A stretch of DNA of 62,108 nucleotides, filler included, from Dimorphilus gyrociliatus (taxonomy: Eukaryota; Animalia; Annelida): assembly GCA_904063045.1 (NCBI GenBank). It is 4 parts of 4 records of this genome, joined end to end, with 100 filler letters (N's around TTAATTAATTAA, not from the genome) between each part and the next. Parts side by side here need not be neighbours in the genome. Positions count along the whole stretch, not along the records: positions 18,111 to 46,938 come from CAJFCJ010000136.1; 3 more parts are not named here. One strand, 5' to 3'. The position numbers and the translations under genes are program-made. Under the pieces are notes generated by a model. It worked only from the letters and a program-made list of their open reading frames with translations, did not search any database and was not told the DNA's origin. Numbering within the stretch: the first letter of the stretch is position 1; the number at the start of each line of letters is the position of its first letter. Positions 23,667 through 33,844 of the stretch are shown one piece after another.

Positions 23667-24301
23667 TGTACAACTTTGGTTATATTTTACATGCTTGAAC
23701 TCTATTATTTTATGCAACATATACATGTACATCTTAAAACCTACGCAAGAAAATGCTATAACATTGGCCAAACATAAGTCTGATTAGTCAGCTTGAAGGC
23801 TCATCTTTAATTACCAATAAAGGTTTGGCCAAGTTATAATTTAATTAACTTGCCTAGGGTGTGGCCAAGTTATAATTCAATTAACCTTCCTAAATGTTGA
23901 ACCTTGTAACATCCTGTTACTAAAGATAAATATGAACTACACATTTTGGCAACTGTAAAGTGATGATTGGATGTCAGAGACAAACCTCAAAGTATATAAA
24001 TCCTTATTATTCTCATTTGGCATGCAGCTTCCATCTGGACCCAAGGACCTGGGAAAATCATCTGGAAACAACCTCCACTGGAACCATCCATCTACTCCTC
24101 AACATTGGAAGACAGTTTGGTAATTTGGCAACCTGCTTTTACAAACTATCTACTCTGCTATCGAACTCTCATATTGTTACTTGCTTAAGTATTATTATTG
24201 CGAATAAACCGTTTTAATTTAAACATTTGTTTAAAGGTTCGAGTAGAACCAGTATTGTTATAACTTGCAAACGCATAGATTTTGCCAGCAAGAGCAGTAC
24301 A
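23667..24301 (+). mobile_element. 3' LTR, 635 bp, TGTAC...GTACA
   Basis: Same length as the solo copies. 36-bp tandem repeat at 23826-23897, TATATAAA near 23994 and AATAAA near 24203. Confidence 0.95.
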
Positions 24302-24303
24302 AT

Positions 24304-24385
24304 ATTGGTCAAGAGGCTGTTGGGAAGATGATTAAGAAGCTAGGGTACAGAAAAATTTGTGCTAAATGGATCCCCATTAACATCT
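24304..24385 (+). pseudogene. Mariner transposase fragment
   Basis: IGQEAVGKMIKKLGYRKICAKWIP matches the mariner LGYRKxCARWVP motif. Confidence 0.65.
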
Positions 24386-24627
24386 GGTGGAATTTGCGTG
24401 GTTACTTTCCAATGGCATTTTTCAAAATCTAGAACAGCCTTTCTTTAAATTTAAATTTAGAAGAAATTTCAAATTACCATTTTAATCAATCCTTTACAGA
24501 AGAAAAAAGAATTATAGCATTGAGGAAATTGCATTCTCTCAGAACTAAAAATATTTCTAGAAGTGAAAAATTGATATTTGAAAAACTTTTTTCTCTGCCT
24601 ATAAATTTTGTTGTATTTTGCGACATT

Positions 24628-24679
24628 GGGTTAGGGTTAGGGTAAAAGCACTGATTTGTGGACGTTTTCTGTCGCATCC
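24628..24679. mobile_element. Isolated MITE end truncated at the TTAGGG repeats
   Basis: GGGTTAGGGTTAGGGTAAAAGCACTGATTTGTGGACGTTTTCTGTCGCATCC is nearly identical to 1084-1135. Confidence 0.8.
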
Positions 24680-24844
24680 ATCCCAGAGCTACTGCTACAA
24701 TTCATAATGAATGTAGTCCAAGTTGTCTGAAAAGGGAGCTTTATGCAAATTATGCATTATTGGGTGTACAATGTTGTGTTGCAATTGTAGGAATTTCCTT
24801 CTTGTCCTAACCATAGTCATCCTTACCACTCATTTAATAATGCA

Positions 24845-25334
24845 TCAAAGAACTGACCCAAACAGAAATTGATCTCCAAGAGTCAAACTATGTAAATAAG
24901 ATAATGCTAGCTGACAGGATGTCGACATCCCATCATACAAACTTGGTAGCAAATGTGGATTCTTCTTGATAACCTCATAGCAGTTCTTCTTAATTTTTTC
25001 CCACAGTTCATCCTCTGACCAGAACTGTGGGCCATCATAGACCATTGTTTTGGTTGGGTTTCACATATTCTCATTTGGGTTTAGGTCAGGGCTCCTTGCT
25101 GCCTAATTAATGGGCTTGACGTTCTCTTTAAAGGCCCTTTTTTGTTCTTCTTGCTGTATGACAACCAGCACTGTCTTGCTGGAAGATGTACTTCCTGCCC
25201 ATTTTTGCCTCAATCTCTTCCATGACATGAAGAACATCTTCCACAATGAAGGAGCTGTAGTTTTCTGCATTTAATCTTCTCCTTATCCTCCAGACTTGAA
25301 ATACACTGTCCGAGATTGTCAATTCCCACACCAA
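24845..25334 (-). pseudogene. Tc1-like transposase remnant
   Basis: YIFQQDSAGCHTA...*AARSPDLNPNENM*; Trp codons mutated to stops. Confidence 0.8.
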
Positions 25335-25380
25335 TACTCTACCTCACTGCATATAAATTAATTACCAGATTTTTCACATA

Positions 25381-26629
25381 ATGAATGGAGTTGATCTTGT
25401 CTATAGAAGAATCAATGATCCGAGATATATGATTTCTGTATTTGTTAAGAAACTGCTGATTTTTAGACAAAAAGCAAATTGTCCACTTACAGATGGACCC
25501 AGACCATTGAATCTGGGAACACAAAATGGTAGACAAGTAATCAATGCATTTTAATCATTGAAGCGTTTCACTACCTCGATGGATGACCCTACAAATACAG
25601 GTGGAGATGATTGGATGGATTGGGATCAGACATTTTTATGGACAAAGAAAGATATTGCAACAAGGTCTCGCCATGCAGTTGGATTGGCTGGTGTTGGAGA
25701 AGTCTGTACAAAAAAGGGCTCGTCAATTAATGAATATATTGGTATGAGCTCTTGGAAAATTGCTGCTTATGAGCTTGCTCATAATCTTGGATCCTATCAT
25801 GATGGATCACAAACTAGTGCTACCTGTGGATCGAATAATCAATAAATTATGACACTTGCAATAGGCTCTCTTGATGTTGTCAATATCAGAAATTCTTTTG
25901 TATTTAGTCAATGTACAACTGACGCTATCTCTGACGTTGTTAATGGAAATAATTATCAAGGATTTCCAAGAACCTGCCTTATGAACAAAGTATGCAGTAA
26001 TGATGCATTCAATCATGATGAAATCTCTAGCGATGACAAACTTCCAGGTGTTAAATATTCATTGACTGAACAATGTGTGTTGAGACACGGTAATGGAGCT
26101 GTTCACAAGCCAGAGCTAATGTTTGTTGATGTCTCACTTGTAAGAAGAGAAATGCTTGCCATAGTCAAGACCCAGGAGCTGCGGATGGAAAGAGTGTAGC
26201 AGTAAGGGTTTGACCAGGGCCAATAGTCAAGCAATGATCTCAAATTCACCTTGCGACCCAAATCCTTGTAGGAATAGTGGTGTATGTTGTCAATACGGCA
26301 GTTCAGCTTATGTATGTGAATGTCCTGTAGGACGTGGCGGAAAGGATTGGAATAAAAATGAAAATGAAGGTGCACCTGCTCCAGACCAGCCTATAGTTCC
26401 AACTCCTCGTGTTCCAGGTCAGCCTAATGCTTCAACTGCTACTGTTCTAGATCAGCCTATAGTTCAAACTGTACCAACACCAGCCTGCACAGATCGAGAT
26501 ATTACATTTAACGTGCTTGGTTCAAATGGTAGAGAAACAATAGGTTGTAGTGATGGAGCAATGAGATTTGGAAAACCATTTTGCAATTCAATGGGAAATT
26601 ATTGCTGTCAATCATGCAGTAATGTTTGA
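25381..26629 (+). pseudogene. Reprolysin (M12B/ADAMTS-like) metalloprotease with EGF, Pro-rich and ShK-like C-terminus
   Basis: MNGVDLVYRR... with an in-frame TAA at 25552. AAYELAHNLGSYHDG (HExxH with H to Y); LPGVKYSLTEQC; CDPNPCRNSGVC...CECP; CTD...C...C...CCQSC. Confidence 0.8.
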
Positions 26630-27060
26630 ATTTAAGCAATAAACAGAAAAAATCAAAAACCACATGTAAATTTGAAAAATATTGGACTCACCTATAGGGG
26701 TGTCTGTATAAATAGGCTTAGAAAAAAATATTTGCACATGCGCAACAGTTCACAACATAACTACTTTGAAGTTACTCAACCAACTGTAGTACAATTGGAT
26801 TTTTTTTGAAAAGAGGTGAATGAAAGCCTATTAAAAAATATTGTAAATTTGTAATGAGAGCTCCTCTAAGTCAGTATGTTAATGAACTCAACCCTCAATT
26901 TAAGATTCCTATTAGGCTGTTTAAGGGTATGGATTATATTAAAGTTAAAGATTTGGTGATTTTCTTATCAATTACACCAGTATTATCATAAATTTCTTAT
27001 ATTTAAAGGTGTGCAATTCATGAAAGAACATAACATAATGAAGGAGGATGGAGGTTAATT

Positions 27061-28306
27061 TTGACATCAAATTTGTCACTTTTCACTCCTCCAGTTGCTA
27101 AGCATTCATCAAAGAGTCATGCCGATAATATGGTTGTACTGGGCAAAGGTTTAATTAAATCTGGACATAAGGTTAGCATTCTATGTCAAGGAACTGTTCG
27201 AATTGACAATCCGGGTAATATTTCACTATTTGATGTATATTCACCACTTTCTGAAGAAGATGACAAGCAGATTGGTGAAAGTGTGAATAGGGCTGCAGTT
27301 GATATGTTATATCAGAACGTATCTTATCTATCTATGGATAAAAATTTCAAACCCATGTGGAATGGTTTCATCATTGACTGTAAAGCAATGTTGGCTGATC
27401 CAAATATTGCAAAAACAACTAGATGAATTTGATTTAATAGTTGTTGATTATTTTTACTTTTGTGGTTTCTTATTGGTTGTATAAAAGTATAAAAAACCAT
27501 TTATTGTCTTTGAATGTACTTCCTCCTGTACATATTCACAAGCAATTGTCACATCACCAATGTCATGGGTTCCAGCATTTCTAAGTTTTTTAACTGATAA
27601 AATGACCTTTGTTGATAGAGCTAAAAGTGTGATGTCCTATATTTTTCTATCTTTTTTTACTGTTGTAATGGATAGAAATTTTGAGAAATTAAAAGCAGAA
27701 TTGAAAATTTCACCTGAGAAAAGTTTAACAAAAATTAGACAACAAGCTCAAATATATCTTGTAAATTCAAATCCAATTTTGGAATTTCCTCATCCTCTAA
27801 CTCCAAATGTAATACAAGTTGGTAGTATTCTAGCATCTCAACCAATAAATGTAACAAATATTGATCCTAAATTTGATGAAATTACATCTAAAAAGTAAAA
27901 AAAAACACTTTGTTTAAATGTTTAATTTTATTGTTAATTTTGCAGATTTGGTATAATTGCTTTTGGAAGTACTCTAGATTTTTGCAGTCATCCAAAATTA
28001 TTGACAAATATTCATAAAATTTTAATTCAATTTTCAGATATTCAGTGGATTTGGTCATTAAAATGCAAATTGGATGAAGATTATCCAAATATTCATACTT
28101 TTAAATGGATTCCTCAAACCTATCTCTTAGCAAAAGAAAACTGTGTTTTATTGATTTCTCATGGCGGTCTTAATTCTATTTACAAGTCTATGTATCATGG
28201 AACTCCAGTTTGTACTCAACTGATTTTATCAGAAATCAGGGATGGTCTGTCTGTCCATATCCAACATACAGCCCTGATTTGGGCTATTAAGGAACAGAAT
28301 AGTTAA
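27061..28306 (+). pseudogene. UDP-glucuronosyltransferase, frameshifted
   Basis: SHADNMVVLGKGLIKSGHKV; FDLIVVD; TDKMTFVDRAKS; PHPLTPNVIQVG; KWIPQTYLL...ISHGGLNSIYKSMYHGTP (UGT signature). Confidence 0.9.
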
Positions 28307-28399
28307 TTTTTCTAGAGTAGACTATAGGCTATAATATAAAAATTTCATACTTTGTAGACTGAATATTTAAAAAAAATGGCGTCGATTAGTCTTAAAAAT

Positions 28400-31035
28400 G
28401 GGGTTGACAGAAAATGTCCATGAAAGAAAACGTCCATTAAAATAAATTTCATTTAAATATAAATATGTGTTGAAAAAGTAAACCTTTGGTAAAAGAATAT
28501 GTTAAACATATAATTAATAAATGAAATATTCACAAAAAAAATCACTTAACTTTTCCTATTAGCTTAATTTTTTAGGAATTATATTTCCTTATGGAGTGAA
28601 AGAAAATGTCCATAAAGTGAAAGAAAACATCCATAAAGTGAAAGTAAACGTCCATAAAGTGAAAGAAAACGTCCATACAGTGAAAGAAAATGTCTATAAA
28701 CTAAAAGTAAATATCCATGAACTAAAAGAAAACATAAATAAAAATAAATTTCATTTAAATGTAAATCTATATTGAAAAACAAGTTAATAGAAAACTTTTC
28801 ATATATACAACTTTAGGTTTACCATATAAATTGTTTATTGATTATTTGTAAACAACTTTAAAAGAAAGACAAACTTTTTTCAAGTTTTACAATTAAATGA
28901 CCAGTGTTTTCAAGTAAAGTTTTTTGATATCAAGGTATTGTCAATTATTTTCAATAATATAATTCTGAGCAAAGCTGCAGAAGCTGGTTTGCATTAATTT
29001 CACCTGTTTTAAAATTTTCCCAAATTAAGAAAAGATCTTTTTGAATTTGGCTATAAGTCTTCCTTAAAAGCTTTTTGTACAGATTTATCATGTCTGCTTC
29101 CCTCTTTAACTCATCAATCACTAAATAAAAAGAAACATTTTCTCCAACAATTTTATTCAGCCTTTGATGATAACCTTCCAGATCATTATTTGTCCTTATG
29201 CTTTGATCAAAAACAGACCAAGTCTCTGGAGACCAAAATGTATTTTTTATCCAACTATTAGACACATAGTCCAACAAATCAGACAGTTTATTTTCTTTTG
29301 TCAGTTGATTTTGAATTTTAGTGAATTGATTTTCAATCATGCCATGAGGCAAATATGGCAAAGACATAATCATTCTCCTGGATTCCCAAGCTCCCTCTTT
29401 TTTTCTAAATTCCCTGCTATAACCAAGTTCCTTAAACAAAAAAATATTAACTGGATTGTTAAAAATTTTAGAAATCAATAAACCTGAATTTTTCTAAATA
29501 TTGCCTGAGACCAGTGAAATGAACATCCAGTCAAGACAGCATCAGGCCATATATTTTGTAAAGTTTTCCAAACAGCCTTTTCATAGTCTAAGACTATTTT
29601 CTTAGGAGCACAATTTTCAGCTAAATCCTTCACAGCCTTAAAAATTTAACATGATTGCTTATTAGTAAGTATATTTATGAAATGTAATTCTTACCTGGAA
29701 AAGTAGTTTATATGCTCTCTTTTTTTTAGAAGAACTTGCTTAAGCTGTCCATTTTTTTTCAAAAATACATGAATAGAGTACATTTGAATGAAAGGTTCAT
29801 TGGCAATCTTAAAAGTACCATCAAGGTACCAAATTTTCCCCTTTGACAAAAGCTCCAATTGATGATTTGTTGCAAAGATAATGATCCTCTCATTATTCAT
29901 ATTTATATCCTTCTTTAAAAATTCAGGAGGAATGAATGTCATATTCAGCTCAAAGTTTTTATCATTGGGTACAATAGGCCTGTTCTTCCTTCTATTCCAA
30001 TTTGCCACTTCTTTACAATTAATTATATTTGATATAGATAACCTCAATTCTTCTGTGAACTCTTCAGTACTCTTTTCTTGTCCTTGATTATTGTCTCCTT
30101 TCTCATCAATTTTTAATTTTTCCTCAGTCATGCTGTTATTCTCCTCAATATTCTTTTCTGGATATTCAACAATTGCTTCTTCCTTCTCATTAAGTTTTGC
30201 AGTAGAATTACTTTTTATTGGTACACTTTCCCTGCATTTTTTTGGTTCATCAATTCTCTTTAACATCACAAAACAGGTTTTTTTAGTTATTTTATAACAA
30301 ATAAAACAGAGTGGTGATGCTGTTGATGAATCTGGAAGAAAAAAAAACAGTAAATGTTTTTCAAATAGAAGATAGTACAAACCATGCAGACATTTTATAT
30401 GACAAATATGCAGGCACAATGAGCATTGGCCTTTTATTTGCCTACCAACAAATTTATCATTGCAAATAGAACACTTGTCCATTATTCAATATTTTTTCTA
30501 AAATATTGGAGAAAAAGAAGAGTTAAACTAAAATTAATAAATGAATTTGTCATATTATTATGATTATTTATGTAACAATTAGTATTTTGACAAAAACATT
30601 GAGAAAAAACTTCATTAACAAATAAAATTGCTAAATTTATGTTAGATTGATTATTAATAAAATAATCAATAACTTTTTAATCACAGAGATTATTAAGAAC
30701 AAAAAAACCTCAAAAAATTAAAAATTTCATATTACCTCAAGAGAGTGAAAATAGAAGAGGAAGTTGATGTTTTGTATCTCTTTTCCTGAAGATTTCTTCA
30801 TTTCTACCAGTTTTTTTAAAGTTTTGTGTTAATTTGTTTTTCAACATATATTTATATTTAAATGAAAATTTCTTTATTTTATGTGTTCTTTTGATTCATG
30901 GATGTTTTCTTTCAGTTTATGGACGTTTTCTTTCACTTTATGGACATTTTCTTTCAGTTCATGGACGTTTTCTTTCAGTTTATGGACATTTTCTTTCATG
31001 GATGTTTTCTTTCATGGACGTTTTCTGTTGCATCC
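28400..31035 (-). mobile_element. Mutator-like (MULE) DNA transposon, 2.6 kb, with subterminal 21-bp repeat arrays
   Basis: Ends GGGGTTGACAGAAAATGTCCA and (rc) GGATGCAACAGAAAACGTCCA. Arrays of GAAAGAAAACGTCCATAAACT-like units at ~28594-28735 and inverted at ~30893-31025. No TSD. Confidence 0.9.
28951..30482 (-). CDS. MULE transposase with N-terminal PHD-type finger, intron-containing, one frameshift lesion
   Basis: C4HC3 pattern after removing a 51-bp intron; WYLDGTFK; IVLDYEKA; GCSFHWSQA; RTNNDLEGYH. Confidence 0.9.
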
Positions 31036-33484
31036 GTTTTGTAGTTATCTCTTTTATATTAGACATATCTTATTACATGAATAAAATATTACACATCTTT
31101 TTTTCTAATTTTTCATATTTTCATTCAAATATTAAACCATTCTTCATATAAAAAATTGCTGTGGATGTTTTCTCCTAAGCTATGGACATTTTCTCCTGTG
31201 GACAGTTTCTCTTGTGAACATTTTCTCCCTAAACTGTTTTTTATACGTGAACACTTTTTAAGTAAAGTGGCTAAAGAATCACAAAAGTATTCATATTAAA
31301 TAGTGTACTGCTCTTGCTGGCAAAATCTATGTGTTTGCAAGTTATAACAATACTGGTTCTACTCGAACCTTTAAACAAATGTTTAAATTAAAACAGTTTA
31401 TTCGCAATAATAATACTTAAGCAAGTAACAATATGAGAGTTCGATAGCAGAGTAGATAGTTTGTAAAAGTAGGTTGTCAAATTACCAAACTGTCTTCTAA
31501 TGTTGAGGAGTAGATGGATGGTTCCAGTGGAGGTTGTTTCCAGATGATTTTCCCAGGTCCTTGGGTCCAGATGGAAGCTGCATGCCAAATGACAATAGTG
31601 AGGATTTATATACTTTGAGGTTTACCTTTGACATCCAATCATCACTTTACAGTTGCCAAAATGTGTAGTTCATATTTATCTTTAGTAACAGGATGTTACA
31701 AAGTTGAACATTTAGGAAGGTTAATTGAATTATAACTTGGCCACACCCTAGGCAAGTTAATTAAATTATAACTTGGCCAAACCTTTATTGGTAATTAAAG
31801 ATGAGCCTTCAAGCTGACTAATCCGACCTATGTTTGGCCAATGTTATAGCATTTTCTTGCATAGGTTTTAAGATGTACATGTATATGTTGCATAAAAGAA
31901 TAGAGTTCAAGCATGTAAAATATAACCAAAGTTGTACAATAGTATTGAGTTAAGTCTACAGTTTTCTAAAAGAACATCTATATTGAACTAAAGTGCACAA
32001 ATTTCTACCACAATTACATTTTTTAAGACTATTTGTGAATAAAATGGATAGGTTCTATTTGGACCAATACTTTGGTAAGTTGGTAAATAATTAGGAAGAA
32101 TGATTACAGTTGTGACAAACCAGAAATCCCTGCAAGTACAATACAACAAAGTACACACACGGAAAAAACATTTTCATTAAAGCAACAATTAATAAATTGC
32201 TTTGGTTTTGTTACTTTCATAAACCAAAATATGATTCCTTGAAGTTGAATTGTGGACTGTCAACTAAAGAGGTACAATTAATAGTTCACAAGATAAGATA
32301 TCACAATTACAATTGTAATAAGCAAGTTTTGGCATTACCATGTTTTTTAAAACAAGAGAGGTTAGAATTTCAGATACTGTAACCTCTATTGAAATATTAA
32401 AAGTACAGAATAGTGGGGACTGGTCAAAAACAGCCATAAATGAAATATATGAAGTTTAGATTTCAAGCTGGGAAATGGTTAGGAGGAACAAGATAAGTAT
32501 TGATATGTACTTAGGTGGGTCCCATCTAAGGGTTAGGGGCATTGAAAAAGGTTAGGCAAAAGCAAGGGCTAGGTCTTTAGTGCTTAAGGGATTAGCACAA
32601 TCAGTACAGATTGATAACCTCACAATTGCACTCACACTTCTAACCTTGTTAGGCTAAAGGTTGGTATGGCTGTTTAGGAATTGCTATAAAAAGTAGCTCT
32701 TCCTAGCCTAAGCTATTACTGTATCTCCAACAAACACCAGATACAGATTCTCAACACAGGTGAAGAGAACCTGCATTGCAATAATATAACAAAATCTCCA
32801 AGAAGTAAAGGGATAAAATATAATTGAATGGTGAGAATTATTTGAGGGGTATAAAGTCAATTTGAAGGCAGCATAATTACCTTTACCTTGCCTATTTAGC
32901 TGGTTGAGTTTAATATCCTCATTTTATTCAAAACAGACACAAATATTTTTTTCTTAGTTTATTGGACAGTGTAAGAGCTTGACCTAAATTAAAAAGATAA
33001 GAATATTATACAATGCTAAAAAATGTTTTTGTAAGGCTAATTTTAAAGGGTAATCAATAACATTTTGTATTAAAAAATTTTGGATTATAATAGAGAAATA
33101 GAGATAGAACCCTCATGAAGAGGAAGATAAATAAAGAGAAAGAAAGGACTTCAAGTACAAAGCTGGCATCCAAGTGAAACATAACAGTATTATAGACAAC
33201 AATACAGAAAGCCTTGAAAGAAAATGGGAGGGAAATTTAAAAATTTAAAAATTTAAAAATAGATTTAGGTCCAGTCTTACTAGTTTCTGGCATGCTTTAT
33301 TTTTTTTTGGCCTCTGTCACCTTGAGTATATTTGGTGTATGTTGAAAATTATTCTATATTTGCATATGATAGGTCTCAATTTTAGAAAAGTGAGACATCA
33401 GACAAAGGAATCTAAAAGAACATTTCCTGCATTTGAAGTGAAGCATGTCAAACCAGTTTTTCAGGTCTTTTAGTTGGCCTACAT
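31036..33484 (+). repeat. Segmental duplication copy A (copy B 43409-45763)
   Basis: Near-identical over ~2.4 kb, including the solo LTR and a truncated MITE (32415-32573). Copy B lacks 33334-33425 at an ATTT microhomology. Confidence 0.95.
31304..31938 (-). mobile_element. Solo LTR of the env-bearing gypsy family, 4-bp TSD ATAG
   Basis: 635 bp, TGTAC...GTACA, ATAG at 31300-31303 and 31939-31942. Confidence 0.95.
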
Positions 33485-33589
33485 ACTTTTAATATATATA
33501 TATATATATACTGTGTGTGTGTGTTAATTCTACACTTTGATTTTGCTTAACATTTTCTGGCTAATAAAATCTTCAATCTATTTGCCAAA

Positions 33590-33844
33590 ATGAAATATCT
33601 CCTCAATATTTGCCTTGTTTTAATTCTGGCTAATTTGGCATTTTCTACACTTTTAGAAGATGAATTGACAGAGTTATTGTCTAAAAAAGATGATAGATTA
33701 ATGAACAAACTTATAATGAGAGGAACATTAATTCGGGCAGGCTCCCTAAGTCCAACCTATTGCCGTTATTGTCAAAAGTACTATTATGCTGCATGTGGAG
33801 ATGATAGATATGAGTGCAAGCTGAAATATAATATATCATTCTAA
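33590..33844 (+). CDS. Secreted prepropeptide with 4-Cys mature region (paralog A)
   Basis: Signal peptide, acidic pro-region, then C-x2-C-x7-C-x6-C (CRYCQKYYYAACGDDRYECK). A paralog lies at 46091. Confidence 0.75.
   Translation: MKYLLNICLVLILANLAFSTLLEDELTELLSKKDDRLMNKLIMRGTLIRAGSLSPTYCRYCQKYYYAACGDDRYECKLKYNISF

Larger units (their letters stand above)
18111..24301 (+). mobile_element. Ty3/gypsy LTR retrotransposon with env-like gene (5' part lost in gap)
   Basis: RT C-terminus, RNase H, integrase, retropepsin, gB-like env, PPT and 3' LTR in order. ATAT follows the LTR. Confidence 0.95.

Noticed and set aside
23960-24217. ORF MACSFHLDPRTWENH... repeated at 31388 and 43761
   Set aside because: Lies inside the LTR; the recurrence reflects LTR copies and there is no coding signature.
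28579-28782. Repetitive ORFs (also 30834-31151, 30881-31084, 40475-40804, 40555-40764)
   Set aside because: Translations of the 21-bp subterminal MULE repeats.
30893-31025. Regular short repeats resembling a CRISPR array
   Set aside because: Head-to-tail 21-bp units without unique spacers, no cas genes, eukaryotic context.
31990-32160. Short dispersed repeat (also ~34805-34955, 43035-43140, 44365-44530, inverted 46555-46665) as a possible LINE endonuclease fragment
   Set aside because: Clearly repeated, but translations gave no convincing motif; left unclassified.
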